Below, piece after piece: positions 28,111-43,023 of a stretch of DNA of 64,000 nucleotides; position 1 is the stretch's first letter; each line of letters begins with the position of its first letter. A model generated the notes under the pieces. The model had not been told where the DNA came from and did no database searches. It worked only from the letters and a program-made list of their open reading frames with translations. A program made the position numbers and the translations under genes. The stretch comes from the human T2T-CHM13v2.0 reference genome, Homo sapiens, in assembly GCF_009914755.1 (NCBI RefSeq), contig NC_060934.1. The stretch is one strand, 5' to 3'.

Positions 28111-29489
28111 TTGCCGTGCCTGATCCTTGCTGCCACATCATCATCCCATAGGGGACAGGGCCCCACTGTCCCCCATCACTGAACAGTGTGCCCAGGTGAG
28201 ATCATGGACTTGGGCCCCCTAGGCCAGCCCAGTCTCTTTGCAGCCAAGGAAAGTGAGGCTTAGCTGTCGGGGGCTGTGGGGGGATGCAGCTTGCCACACT
28301 TGACACCCAAACGCTGATTTTGTTTACATGAGACTCAGGTCCGAGTTTATGTCTGAGACCTGGGAATCAAAAAGCCACCCCCACAGCCTCCAGGGACCTG
28401 GCTCCCCTGGAGCCACCGTGCTGCCCCACAGGTGTCACCCATGGAGGCTGCAGGAGCACCTGGTGTGGTCCAGGGGACACGAAGCCCTGGTGCTGGCTCC
28501 TCCCAACGCCCCTGTGAGTTCTGCCTCCCATAGACCACATGTGTCATCTGCGTGCACATGTGTGAAACCCGAAAGACAAACAGATGAGACCCGCCTGCCA
28601 AAATATTTGCTGCCGCGCAGAACAGTAAGTCGTTTTTGACATATGGATCTCAGCGCGCAGCCACAGCAAACAGGCAGCGTGGCGCTGAGGGGCACAGGTT
28701 TGCTGGGGGGCGTGAGCCGGGAGCATCGCCAGCAGCAGGCTCGCCCCCCTGCGAGGGCGCGCACGGATTCGCTCGCCACCAAGAGCAGGGCCCCAAGAGG
28801 GGCCCTCGGCATAGTCCCCTCGAGTCCCCAGAACTTCACAGGCAGAGAGCCTGGCTCGAGGATGGGCGGGAGCTCGGTCTGGCTTTGATCTGCGGGAGGT
28901 GTTGTGTGCAGAAGCTGTGGGCACCGGGGGCTGCAGAGCTTCAGACCTGGAGCCTGCTCCCAGGGCCGACCTGAACCCGGCACCTGTGCTGACCCAAGGG
29001 TCAACCAAAGTCCTGAGTTTGGTGGCGCCGAGGGAGGGGAGTGGTCGCATCCCACCGGGTGCCTGGAATGGTGCTGGAGGAGGCAGCATCTGATTTGGGC
29101 CCCGTAGGGCCAGAGGGGGGATTTGTAGGGACAGAGCAGGAGGGAGTGGAGCTGAGGCTGGGGGAGGGCATGGTCGGGGGTCCAGAGGTGGGAGAGGGGC
29201 CGCCATCCTGAAGCACACCCCTCCTCGTCTTCCTGAGGCCTCCATCCCTTCCTGATCTTCCAGGTCATGGGCTCCAGGCTTGGGCCCACTGCTGTCCTTC
29301 TCCACTCTCTCCCCAGGGAACCCACCTGGGTTGTGGCCTTAAACCCAGCCAGATGATGCTTCTCCAGCCTCTGCCTCCTGCCGGGCCCTCCCCTGAGCTC
29401 AGAAGCTGCCATCAGTAGCCATGCAACCTCCCCCTTGCCATCATGAAGTATCTCAAACTTGGCAGCCTCGAAACAGAGCCCTTGGGGAG

Positions 29490-29760
29490 TTTAAGCAGAA
29501 ACAGAATATTTTTGCATAGTCTTAAAGTAATTCCCCCCACCCCCAAATATTGAGCAATTACAAAGGGCAAAATAGGAAGTTTACGGTGGAGAATCCTGGT
29601 GGACACAGCCTTGGCCAGGTGATCAAGGTTCATGTCACCAGTCATGAAGCGGCGTGCACCCCTGGTGTGCTGAGAAGGGCAGCTTACCTCCTGCAGGTGC
29701 CCTTGCCCCAACGCACCACTCAGCCTAACCATGGGGAGCATCCGACAAAACCAAGCTGTC
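29490..29760 (+). mobile_element. L1MC-type 3'UTR fragment
   Basis: aattacaaagggcaaaataggaagtttacggtggagaatcctggtggacacagccttggccaggtgatcaaggtt. Confidence 0.7.
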
Positions 29761-30809
29761 CGCATCTCCAAGGACAGGCACACTGGGGGTTAGGGCTTCA
29801 GTGGGGGCGGAGGTACAGTTCACTCCCTAATACGCCATTTACTTGGAGAAGCCCTCTCCAGCTGCCTGAGGCAGAAGCACCCGGTTCTCTCTCTGCAGGA
29901 CCCCTGCTTTGTTCTTCCTAGGATGCGTCAGCCCCTGATTTTCCATGACAGTCCCCTGTGCCCATGTCCTGCAGCCTCTCCTGGGGGCAGGAGCTACAGG
30001 GTTTCTTGACTCCTACCTCAGCACTTTGGTCCAAGCTCTGAGCAGAGACCTCTGTAGGCGTCTGCAGGACTGGCTGGCCCTTGTGTCTGTCTTTCCCCTC
30101 GTCCTGGCCCCCTTTGTCCACTCCTGCACCAGCTTCCCTGGACCCACTGCCACTGCGTCACCTGGTCGGATCTGTGTCCCCTGCACTCTCACCACCTCCA
30201 ACTTGCATCCCGGTCCCCCACACCCTGACCCCCAAAGGCATTGTTCATGTGGATGAGTGAGTGAAGGAAAGGCTGGCGTGTTGGGTGTGCGAGGTCGCAG
30301 GGGCATGAGGTGCCTGGACGGCAGAGAGCCAGGGCTTGGTGAGGACCTGGGTGCCAGGTCGGGGGTCTGGGCAGCCTGGTGGCCCCCTGAAAACGTTCAC
30401 ATCCCTTGGGGCCTGCTGTGATACATACTAATCAGTGCTTCATGAGAAAGGTATGAGCCGAAAGAAATGGGGGTTCCCACTGGATTGGTCGTTTCTGCAT
30501 TGTCCGGAGCTCTCAGACCTGGTTTCTTAACCACTGTGTTCACTGAACACCCCGGGCTTGATCAGCTGCTGAGGGTGACTTCACATGAGATTATAATTGT
30601 ACTGCCTAATAGAGTGCTCACACATGTTAAAACTACCTGGCAGGCAGGAGTGAGAATACAGCTTTCCCAGAAACGTGTTCAAAGAAAAACCCATTACCAA
30701 CCCGGCAGAACATAAAGTACTAGTGTGGGGTATGAGGCAGCATGTGGGGGCGCTGGGGTGGCAGCAGGGCCAGACCCCACTTCAGGGGTTGCCCCCAGGA
30801 ACCCCCTTG

Positions 30810-31045
30810 CGGTACCCGTATATCCCACCCCCAGACTCCTTTCCATAAGCTGCTCCCAGACCCCCTCATATCCATCCTGCCTCCAGAACCCCTATATCTT
30901 GCTCCCACTCCCCTCCCTACCATATGCTGTTCCCAGACCCCCCTCCATGGCCTGCCCCCAGATCCCCCTTTGCTGCCACCCCTATATCTTACCCCAGACT
31001 CCCCCATATCTCGCCCCCAGACCCTCCTCCATGGTCTGCCCCCAG
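30810..31045. repeat. Degenerate C-rich minisatellite
   Basis: Recurrent ccccagacccc, cctccatgg(c/t)ctgcccccag and cctatatctt modules. Confidence 0.8.
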
Positions 31046-32079
31046 GCCTGCTGGTAATATGGGATACAGAGGTCTCCTCACTGCACACACAAAACTCCTT
31101 CCCTGAGCAAGGGATAGGCAGAGCTGAGGGCGGGGGTACTGGGGGGCTGAGGGGGGTTCTTTAGGGCAGGAGTTACCTGCCCTGTAGACGGGGAGACCAC
31201 ATTAGTGTTTGTGCAAAGCCCTGCCCTCGTGCACCTGTCCTTCCGTAGCCCACGATACCCCATCCAGCCCGGGCCCGTGGGTGGGCTGCTGAGCACCCGA
31301 CCACAGCCAGGCCTCCATGTGCCACTGTCAAGGGGACTTGGCCCGCCATGATCCTGAGTGCACAGGTACATTGCTCCGCCCTCTCAACAGCCACGACCCA
31401 GAAATAAAGTAGGCACTGTAATTTGCATTTTGAGGATAAGGAAACCAAATAATAGAGTCTACTGAGCGCATACTCAGTCTTTCCAGACCCTAGAAAGTAG
31501 GTACCATTGTCATCCTCATTTCAGAGCTAGGAGAGCAGAGGCCAGACAGGTTCCATAGCCTGCTCAGGTGGGTCCGTGCTGGACCAGGAGAAGGGCCAGG
31601 TAGGCTGATGGGTCCTGAGCTTGTGCTCCCGACCGCCAGGCTGTGTGTCTGATGGCCGAGGCCAGGGTGGCTCAGCCAAGCCCAGCCAGCCCAAGACTAG
31701 ACCATCCCCAGCGTCCACCCCAGCCTCCTGGGCACAGGGGTCACCTCCCACCCCTGGCCCACCCATACAGCCTTTTCCCATCTAACCTTTTCTTTAAAGG
31801 AAGGCATCCCTTGGAATGAGTCCACCCTGAGATTTTATGGATCCAAAGAAAAAACTTAATTAGCTGCATAAACTGTCAGTTGAGACTCTCCAGAGGACAC
31901 ACCTCCGGCTTTCAGGTTCCCCAGGGAATCTGAGGCTCTGAGGCAGGTGGACAGCCAGGTCCCTCTTTACCCAGCACCAGGTAACCTTAGAGGCCTGGCC
32001 CTGCCTTCCTCATTTTGAAATGTCACCCTGTGGTCATCTCTCCTTCCCTGATGTGAAGCAGTGACCAGTTCTGCCCCAT

Positions 32080-32165
32080 CCTACACATGTGTGCACACAT
32101 ACATGCACACATGTGTAAATACACATGCATGCACATGCATATGTGTGCACACATATGCACATACC
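32080..32165. repeat. (CA/TA/TG) low-complexity tract
   Basis: tacacatgtgtgcacacatacatgcacac..., read directly. Confidence 0.9.
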
Positions 32166-33879
32166 TTCACCTTCCTATCCCTCCCCAGGGGAAGGCCTTC
32201 CTTGGGGCTGCCCCTCCTCCACTCTGGCAGCATTGGGACTTGAATCTTGTGGCCCCGTCACAACTGTACTCAGCTACTCCAGCTCCTTGTGTGACCTCTC
32301 AGCCCCCAGGCTCTGAGCTACCTGAGGTGAGGTGGGGCCACACTGGTCCCCACCTCGGTGCAGCACACACAGCCCCATCCTGGGAGTGCCACCCAGGTTT
32401 CCTCTAACTGTGCTTTCCAAGGGCTGGAAGGACCTCTTCCTCTATGCCAGGTGTGCTAGAGTGGCCCCAGCCGAGAACCTGACTGGGACCAAGCCCCAGG
32501 ACAGTGGTCAGGCACACACCTGAGTCGCTCTTCCTCCCATAGACACATTTGGAGTTCCCACTGCCTTCCTAGGCCCCACCACATGCTGTCACCTCCAGGA
32601 AGCCTTCACAGGTTGCTCCCTGCTGATAGCCTTGACCTGCTTCCCAGGGCATTTGCAAGGGAGTAGAACGAAGACCAAGTCCGTGCAGGGGCTGCTGGCT
32701 CTGTGCTCAGCACACGCCCCGTGACCACCTCAGGGGCGGCTCTGCGAGTCCCCACTTGACAGGTGAGCCACAGGGCCACAGGCATGGCTTGGGGTCCTCT
32801 GCGGAGCCCGATGTGTCACTGGCCCTCACGTGTCCTTCTCCGATCTGCTCACTCATTCATCCATTCATTTATTCAGCAGGGGTTCTTGAGTGTCTCTGAG
32901 GTGGAGCGTCTGCTGTGAAGGACTGGCGGGACGCAAACGGTTACCACTGGTGTGACGGGCTCTGATCAGGAGGCACAGGGTGTTGGGGAGCTCAGAGGGT
33001 GACATCTCACCCTGCCTTGGCCAGTGTGGGAGGGAGAGGGTTCAGGGAGGATGTAACTGTGTGTGTGGCAGGTGCTGTGGTGGCACAGAGCTGAGGGGAC
33101 ATAGGCACAGTTGCTGGATGCAGGGCTTACACCGCGCCACGCGTCAGAAGCTAGCAGGGGCTGAGCAGCATCTCTGCCCTCCCCGCTTGCACCCCCACCA
33201 TCCAGTGCAGCCCAGCACCTAGGGGGCATGGGGCCAGTGCCTGGCACATTTTGTCCTGACTGTGGAAAAAAGCTCTTCACAGCCCTGAGTGCTGCTTTAG
33301 CTTTGGCCCCACCCATCTTAGGCTGCTCAGAGGCCTCAGGCCTCCCTGGAGGGCCAGAAGGGATTCCCAGGGGCAGGATAGCATGGACAGGGGGGTCCGC
33401 TGTGTAAGCCTGGGAAATTCTGGCTGCTTGAAGCTGGCACACTCCCCTGAGGCTGTTCCAGGCACAGTCACTGGGTCTCCCCGTCGAAGTGGCTCTAAGG
33501 CAGGTCTTCCCGGTTACCAGCAAGCAGATACATGTTGTAACGGGCTGAGAGTGGGTGTGTATCTCATATTCCCCAGAGGAGCTTACGGACAGCCCCTCTT
33601 TAAGGAACATCTCCCGGGCCGAGCGTTCTGAGCGCCCTCTGAGCAGGCAGCCCGCCACCGGGGCGCTGGCCAGTCTGAGTCAGTCCTGCCTGGGAGGCAG
33701 TCAACTCTGGGGAAGGCAGAAGAATCACAGCACTGAGTGCCGTCCAGTTTCCCCTCAACTATATTCGCGGACACGGCGCCAACAGGGGAAAACTTACATA
33801 GCACCTATTCATTCTGAGGCCTGGCCGGCCTCTGGAAATCAGCATTTCAGTGTTGGCCAGGAAGGAGGCCAGAACTGTG

Positions 33880-35000
33880 CTGTAGCATTTCAATGTATGG
33901 CTGTCCCACAATTTATATTCCAGTCCCCTGATGATGGACATGTAGGCGGTTTCCAGTTTTTTTCATGATCACAGATCACACTTCTGTGAACAGCTCTGGA
34001 TGTGTCTCCTTGTGCAAATATGGTGCTAGGTGTTCTTCAGAGCATTTTTCTCCAAACTTGCCGGGTAATATGGTCACCTTGGGGAGTTTGTTAAATATAC
34101 ATATTTCCAGGTCTGCTCTGGTGGGTCTGATATTTGGAGCCAGGAATCTTTTCTTTCTTTTAACAGATACTTAAGTGATTCCTGTGGTCCAGGAAGTTTT
34201 GCAAGCTCTGATGCAGAAGAGCTCGCCGGAGCAAACATGTATGTTCTGTTTTACTAATTAGATATACGCTGTTGATGACTCCAAAGTGGACGTGCCATTT
34301 CTGTCCCCTCCAGCAGTAGGAAAGAATCCCATTATCCCACATCCTGGCCAGTTCTTGGTATTGTGAGATTTTTTTAAACTTCTTCTCTTAAGACTATGAT
34401 GGTATTTTGTTGTAATATAATCCACATTTTCTATATTATTACTGTGCTTGAGCACTTCTTCAAATGTTTGATGACCTTGACCATTGAAACTTCCTTTTTG
34501 TGAATTACCTATTCATATCCTTTGTAGCTTCACTGTGGAATGCTTGTTACTGATTTGTAGCCATTCTTTATACATTTCACTCCCACTCGTTTGTCAGTTA
34601 TATGTGGTGCACACATCTGCTCCCAGTCTGTGGTTTGTCTTTCCACTTTGTTTATGGCCTCTTATTGGGACACAGTTTTAAATTAAAATATAATCAGATG
34701 TATTAATCATGATGTTGTAGTTTGTGCATTTTCTATCTTGTCTAAGAAATTCATCCCTCTCCTTGTTATACTTAGAAAGAAGGATATTCTACATTCTCCT
34801 TCAGGAGTTCTAAAGATTTGCTTTGCACATTCAGGTTCCAAATCTACTTGAATTTGACTTGTGTATATGGTGTGAGGTAGGGATTTGATTTTATTTTCTA
34901 TGTGGATAACAGTTGTTCCATTATCACTTTTGAGTAGTCCACCTTTTCTCTCACTGACTTATAATGCCACCTCTGTCATGTCAGCTTTTCATATTTATCA
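33880..35000 (-). mobile_element. L1ME-type fragment
   Basis: cagtcccctgatgatggacatgtaggcggtttccag...ttgtgaattacctattcatatcctttg...gtatatggtgtgaggtaggg. Confidence 0.8.
34038..34210. mobile_element. MER5-type hAT-Charlie element
   Basis: ttctccaaactt...ggggagtttgttaaa...gccaggaatc...ttttaaca...aagtgattcctg. Confidence 0.55.
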
Positions 35001-35081
35001 GTTCCTGTTAAATGTATCTTTAAAGCTTTATTGAGACATAATTCACATGATACAATTTACCCATCTAAAGTGAATAATTAA

Positions 35082-35449
<368 letters not shown>

Positions 35450-36212
35450 ATTTTCATTACCCCCAAATAAACCTTGTACCCTTTAGTTACCTCCTCATCT
35501 CTGTAACCCTAAGCAAATACTCATCTGCTTTCTGCCTTTGTGGGTTTCCCTGTTCTAAATATTTTTTATGAATGGAGTCATATAGTATGTGGCCTTTTCT
35601 GTCTTCTTTTACTCTGCGTGTTTTCAAGGTTCATCCATGTTGTAGCATGTATCAGGACTTCATTTCTTTTTATGGCTGAATAATGCTCCACTGTATGGAT
35701 AGAACACAGTTATTTATTCATTCCTGTGTTAGTGTATATTTGGGTTGTTTCTGCCTTTGGCTATTGTGAGTAATGCTGCTATAAGGATTCATGGGCAAGT
35801 TTTTGTGTGGACATAGGTCTTCATTTCTCTTGAATATATGCCTAAGGAGTGGAATTGCTGGGTCACGTGGTATCTATTTTTAATCACTTGAGGAATTGCC
35901 AGACTATTCAAAAGCAGCTGCACCATTTTATGCCATTTTACATTCCCACCAGTAGTGTATGAGGGCTGATTTATCTATGTCCTTACCAACGCTTCTTATC
36001 TGACTGTTTAATTCTAGCCATTCTAGTGGCTGGTGAAGTACTATGTCATTCAGATTTTGGTTTGCAATTCCCTACAATGATGACTAGTGATGTCAGGCAT
36101 CTTTTCTTGTACTTATTGGCCACCTGTATGTCTTCCTTGGAGAAATGTCTATTCAAATTTTTTGCACAATTTTAATACATACATATATGTATACACACAC
36201 ACACACACACAC

Positions 36213-36505
<293 letters not shown>

Positions 36506-36509
36506 TATT

Positions 36510-36807
36510 TATATATATATTTTTTAAAGTCAGGATCTCTGTCACCTAGGCTGGAGTGCAGTGGCACAATCACAGCTCACTGCAACCTTGAACTCCTGGG
36601 CTCAAACCATCCTTCTGCCTCAGTCTCTCAAGTAGCTAGGACTACAGGTATGCACCACCATTCTTGGTGAATTTTTATTTTTATTTTTATAGAGATGGGA
36701 TCTTGCTATGTTGCTCAAGCTGGTCTCAAACTCTTAGCCTCAAGCAATCCTCCTGGCTAGGCCCCTCAAAGTGTTGGGATTATAGGTGTGAGCCACCACA
36801 TCTAGCC
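36510..36807 (-). mobile_element. AluJ
   Basis: J diagnostics; TSD tttgcaca(a)ttttaa brackets the AluY+AluJ pair. Confidence 0.9.
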
Positions 36808-36916
36808 TCCTTTGCACATTTTAAAAGTGGATTAGTTGCCTTTTTATCATTGAGTTGTAAGAGTTGTTTATATATTCTGGATATAAGGCCTTTATCAAAT
36901 ATATGATTTACAGGTA

Positions 36917-37493
36917 CAGTTGACCCTTGAATAACATGGGAGTTAAGGGTGCTTGCTGCCTATGCAGTAGAAAATCTGTATATACCTTTGACTTCCCCAA
37001 AATTTAACTACAGATACCCTGCTGTTGACTGGAAGACTTACTGAAAACATAAACAATTGGTTAACACATATTTTGTGTATGTATTACACCCTATATTCTT
37101 ACAATAAAGGAAGCCAGAGAAAAGAAAATTTAAGAAAAGCATAAGGGGCTGGGTGTGGTGGCTCACACCTGTAATCCCAGCACTTTAGGAGGCCGAGGCA
37201 GGTGGATTGCTTGAGCTCAGGAGTTCAAGACCAGCCTGGGCAACATGGTGAAACCTTGTCTCTATTAAAAAAAAAAAAAAGAAGAAGAAAATATATTTAC
37301 TGTTCATGAAGCAGAAGTGAATCATCATGAAGGTCTTTATCTTCATTGTCTTCACATTGAGTAGGATGTGAGTAGGCTGAGGAGGTGGAAGAAGAGGAGG
37401 GTTGGTCTTGCTGTCTCAAGGTGGCAGAGGTAGAAGAAAAACTGCATATAAGTGGGCCCATGCAGTTCAAACCCAGTTGTTAAGGGTCAACTG
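36917..37493. mobile_element. Tigger2a/MER28-type DNA transposon
   Basis: Terminal inverted repeats cagttgaccctt...aagggtcaactg with TA on both sides. Confidence 0.92.
37147..37285 (+). mobile_element. Alu left monomer (FLAM_C-like) inside Tigger
   Basis: Single monomer followed by poly(A). Confidence 0.88.
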
Positions 37494-37878
37494 TATTTTC
37501 TCATATTTTGTGGGTTGTCTTTTCATTTTCTTGATGTTGTTTTTTAAAGCATAAAAGTTTTTAAAGTTTTGATGAAGTCCATTTGATCTTTTATTTTCTC
37601 TTGTTGCTTATAGTTTTGGTGGCATATCTAAGAATCCTTTGATAAATCTGAAGCCATGAAGATTTACCCCTGTGTTTTCTCCTAAGAATTATATATTCTT
37701 AGCTGTAACAGATAGGTTTTTGATACATTGTTAATTCACTTTTGCATATGGTGTGAGGTAAGGGTACAACTTCTGTTCTTTTGCATGGTGCTATCCAGTT
37801 GTCCCAGCAGCATTTGTTGAAGGCTATTCTTTCCCCTTTGAATGGTCATGGCACACTTGTCAAAAATCAGTTGACCAT

Positions 37879-38270
37879 TGTAGTAGGCTGTTCTTGCACT
37901 GCTATAAAGAAATACCTGAGCCTGGGTAATTTATAAGAAAAGAAACTTAAATGGCTTACAGTTCTGTAGGTTGCACAGAAAGTAAAGCAGCGTCTGCTTC
38001 TGGGAAGCCTCAGGAAGCTTCCAATCACAGTGGAAGGCAAAGCAGGAGTAGGCATCTCACATGGCGAGAATGGGAGCAAGAGTGGTAGGGGTGCCGTATA
38101 CTTCTAAATGACCAGATCTCATGAGAACTTACTCACTATCGCAAATATGGCACCAAGCCCTGAGAGATCTGCCCCATGACCCAAACACCTCCCACCATGC
38201 CCCACCTCTAGCATGGAGGATTACAATTCAACGTGAGATTTGGGTGGGGACAAATATTCAAACTAAAGCA
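37879..38270 (-). mobile_element. MSTA-like MaLR solo LTR
   Basis: TG...CA ends; perfect TSD accat (37874-37878 / 38271-38275). Confidence 0.93.
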
Positions 38271-38530
38271 ACCATACACACAAAGTTTTATTTCCAGATT
38301 TACAGTTCTATTGCATTGATCACTGACATGATTACTGTTCCTTTGTAGTAAGTTTTGAAATTAGGAAGTATGAATCTTCCTACTTTGTACTTCTTTTTCT
38401 AGATCATTTTGGCTATTCTGGGTCCTTTATAATTCCATATGAATTTTAGATTCAGCTTGTCAATTTCAACAAATAAGTCAGCTGGGATTCTGAAGGGGGT
38501 TGTGTCACATCCGTAGCCCAATTTGGGGAG

Positions 38531-39128
38531 TGTCTTAGTCCATTTGTGCTGCTATAACAAAATACCTGAAAGTGGGTAATCTATAAATAAGAGAAATTTA
38601 GCTTGGGCAACATAGGGAGACCCCATCTCTGAAAAAAAAAAAATTAGGCATGGTGGCGTGCACCTGTAGTCTCAGCTACTCAGGAGGCTGAGGTGGGAGA
38701 ATCACTTGAGCCCAGGAGGTCAAGGCAGCAGTGAACCATGATCCACTATTGCATTCCAGCCTGGGCAACAGAGCGAGACTCTGTCTCAAAAAAAAAAAAA
38801 AAAGAAAAAGAACAGCAATTTATTTCCTCACGGTTCTGGAGCTGGGAATTCCAATATCAAGGCACTGGTAGGTTGGTGTCTGGTGAGTGCTACTCTGTGC
38901 TTTCAAGATGGTGCCTCTTGGTTTGTCCTCACGTGGCGAAGGAGGGAAAGGAGAAACAGGGACGAACAGTGTTCATAGCAGCTCTTTTATTTATAAATTG
39001 CTAATCCTGTTCATGAGAGCAGAGCCCTCATGACTGAATCACCTCCTAAAGGCCCCACCTCGAAATACTATCACGTTGCTGGTTTAGTTTCAATACATGA
39101 ATTCTGGGGGGACATTCAGACCGTAGCA
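38531..39128 (-). mobile_element. MST/MLT1A-type MaLR solo LTR with nested Alu
   Basis: tgtcttagtcc...cagaccgtagca; perfect TSD gggag (38526-38530 / 39129-39133). Confidence 0.92.
38600..38810 (+). mobile_element. 5'-truncated AluJ
   Basis: Starts at gcttgggcaacatag; right arm and poly(A) present. Confidence 0.9.
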
Positions 39129-39219
39129 GGGAGCGTTGCCATCTTAACAATATTAAGTATTTTGCTCCATGAACATGGGATGCTTTTCTGTTTATTTAGA
39201 TCTTCTTTAATTTCTTTTA

Positions 39220-39573
39220 ACAAGTATCATTAATCCAAAAATCTGAAATCTGGTATGCTCCAAAACCTGAAACTTTCTGAGCACTAACATGACAGCAACA
39301 GTGGAAAATTCCACCCCTGTCCTCACGCGATGGGTCGCAGTCAAAACCCAATCAAAACCTTGTTTCATGCACAAAATTATTTAAAATTTTGTATAATTAC
39401 CCTCAGGCTATGTGTCTAAGCATATATGAAACACAAATTTTATGTTTAGATTTGGGTCCCATCCCCAAGATATCTCATGTATATGCAAATATTCCAGAAT
39501 CAAAAAATATATATAGAGAGAAATTTGAAACACTTTTGGTCCCATGCATTTTGGATAAGGGATTCTTTACTTG
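39220..39573. mobile_element. Tigger4 (MER46/Zombi)-type DNA transposon
   Basis: taatccaaaaatctgaaatc..tgctccaaaacctgaaact...gcattttggataagggat. Confidence 0.85.
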
Positions 39574-39676
39574 TATTTTGTAGTGTTCACAATATAAACT
39601 ATAATATAATACAAACAATATAAGCTAAAATATAAAATTTGCACTTCCGTTGTCAAATTTACTACTGAGTATTTTA

Positions 39677-40204
<528 letters not shown>

Positions 40205-40215
40205 AGATGTGTGTG

Positions 40216-40509
<294 letters not shown>

Positions 40510-40859
40510 AGATATGTTTCTAAAACAACATTGTGTAGGAAATTTTTCTTAGGCTGGTTCAAGGCTAACATGCTGAAGGTCCCAGGTAGTGAAGCAGGTG
40601 AACCCTGAAGGACCGTGCCCCTCCCACACCCACCCTAGCAGCTGTTCCACATTGTAGATGGATCCCTGCGTCCCTACATTGTCACCTTTCTGTCTAAATG
40701 AGAGGTGGGGAGAAGGAGGGGTGAAGACCAATGAGGTTAGTCACCTCAAGGGGTGGGGCCGGTGCAGAGAAAGATGGGAACTGTTCCCTAGTCCTCTTCC
40801 TTCTGGAGTTGGGAGGGGGAAATAGCCCTGCCCCAACATGTGATCCAGCATGGACTATG

Positions 40860-41135
40860 GTCAGTTACAAATATGAGTGAGCCAGGCCCCTGCCCTGAAG
40901 GACCTCCCAGATTTGTGGGGAAGACACAAACTCAGCACAGAATGGAAAGGGGCCTGGGGACACAGTGCTGTGCCGAGCTTGGAATTTGTTTCATGAAGGG
41001 ACAGCCAGCAGTGTCTGTGCAGGTCCAGGGAGGCTCCACAGGGGAAGTGAGATTTGAGCTGAGGCTTGAAAGAAAGGTGGACCGAGAGGAGACGACTTTC
41101 CAGGGCAGGAAGTGGCCTGCACAGAGGCCCCGAGG
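40860..41135 (-). mobile_element. L2 fragment
   Basis: ggcccctgccctgaagga...gggaggctccacaggggaagtgagatttgagctgaggcttgaa. Confidence 0.65.
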
Positions 41136-41169
41136 CGAGAAGGACCACAACTCTCCTGTGGACCTCCTC

Positions 41170-41400
41170 TTTGTACGATCAGTTTTAATTACGCAAAAAA
41201 ATTATGCAGTTAAAGCTTTGCTCATTTAAACAGACCTTCCCTGGATTAAGAGTAATTAGGTTTTATTGTCATTGTCTTGAAAATTGCCTTGCCATGGACC
41301 TGTGAACACAGAATTATTTATATATGTGTGCATAGAAATCATCTCATGGATTTTTTTTTAACTGAGATGAACTTGGGGGATTTTAAAGGTAACAAACAAC
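41170..41400. promoter_or_regulatory. Candidate conserved enhancer (AT-rich island)
   Basis: TAATTA x2, GGATTA, TTTTATTG and CATTGT in non-repeat DNA. Confidence 0.45.
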
Positions 41401-41447
41401 CCCTTCTGGCTGGTGTGGGGGAAGCCCTAATTTGTAGTGCTTGCTAC

Positions 41448-41755
41448 TTTTTTTTTTTTTTTTTTTTGAGACAGTGTTTTGTTCTCGTCACCCAGGCTAG
41501 AGTGCAACGGCACAATCTTCACTCATTGTAAAACCTCCGTCTCCCGGGTTCCAGCGATTCTCCTGCCTCAGCCTCCCGAGTAGCTGGGATTACAGGCACC
41601 TGCCACCACACCCGGCTAATTATTTTTGTATTTTCAGTAGAGATGGGGTTTGGCCATGTTGGCCAGGCTGGTCTCGAACTCCTGGCCTCAAGTGATCCGC
41701 CCGCCTCAGCCTCCCAAAGTGCTGGGATTGCAAGCATAAGCCACCGCGCCTGGCC
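41448..41755 (-). mobile_element. AluS
   Basis: Full dimer. Confidence 0.95.
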
Positions 41756-41880
41756 TCCACTTTCTATGGTGTAAATATTCCTACCATGGCTGATTTCCTC
41801 TGGGGAAGCCATGTCCCCTCCACTTCTACCCTCATGGTCTTTGCTTGTTTATTTTCAAATGTGGCCCAAATCCACCCTGA

Positions 41881-42408
<528 letters not shown>

Positions 42409-42711
42409 TCACCCTGGCATTGCCCACCTCCACTGGCCACCAGCTTTGACGGACAGCCCCACTGCCACTGCCCCTCTCCAGGCAGGCCACATTCACAGGT
42501 GTTCTGTACAGAGAGCAGAAGTTTGAGAAAACGTGACCCACTGAACAGACACTTGCTGAGGCCCGGGGGCTTCATGTGTCAGGCCCAGAGGTGGCCACAG
42601 GCACAACACGCGTCCCTCAGCCTTGCCACCTCTGCTGCCCTCCAAGGTGCCCTGGGTCCAGCTGGCCAGAAGCACTGCTTTCTGGAGCAGCCACTTATGC
42701 TTTTACTTTTT

Positions 42712-42999
42712 TCTCTTCTTTTTTTTTTTTAAGACTGAGTCTTGCTCTGTTGCCCAGGCTGGAGTGCAGTGGCACAATCTTGGCTCACTGCATTCTCCAG
42801 TTCAAGTGATTCTCCTGCCTCAGCCTCCTGAGTAGCTGAGATTACAGGCATCTGCCACCATGCCCGGCTAATTTTTGTATTTTTAGTAGAGATGGAATTT
42901 CGCCATGTTGACCAGACTAGTCTTGAACTCCTGACCCCAAGTGATCCGCCCGCCCAAAGTGCTGGGATTACAGGCGTGAGCCACAGTGCCCGGCCCAGC
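42712..42999 (-). mobile_element. AluS with two small internal deletions
   Basis: cactgcattctccagttcaag and ccgcccgcccaaagtg junctions. Confidence 0.93.
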
Positions 43000-43023
43000 T
43001 TTTTCATTTTGAAATCAATACAA

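Noticed and set aside
28600-28900. Possible CpG-island promoter
   Set aside because: Too short and too sparse in CpG for a promoter island; kept only as a distal element candidate.
28435-29412. 325-aa and 253-aa overlapping minus-strand ORFs
   Set aside because: No recognisable domain, several frames open at once, typical of GC-rich DNA.
33210-33230. CTCF-like cacctagggggca (also acagcaggtggcc near 45990)
   Set aside because: Mismatches at informative positions; expected by chance in GC-rich sequence.
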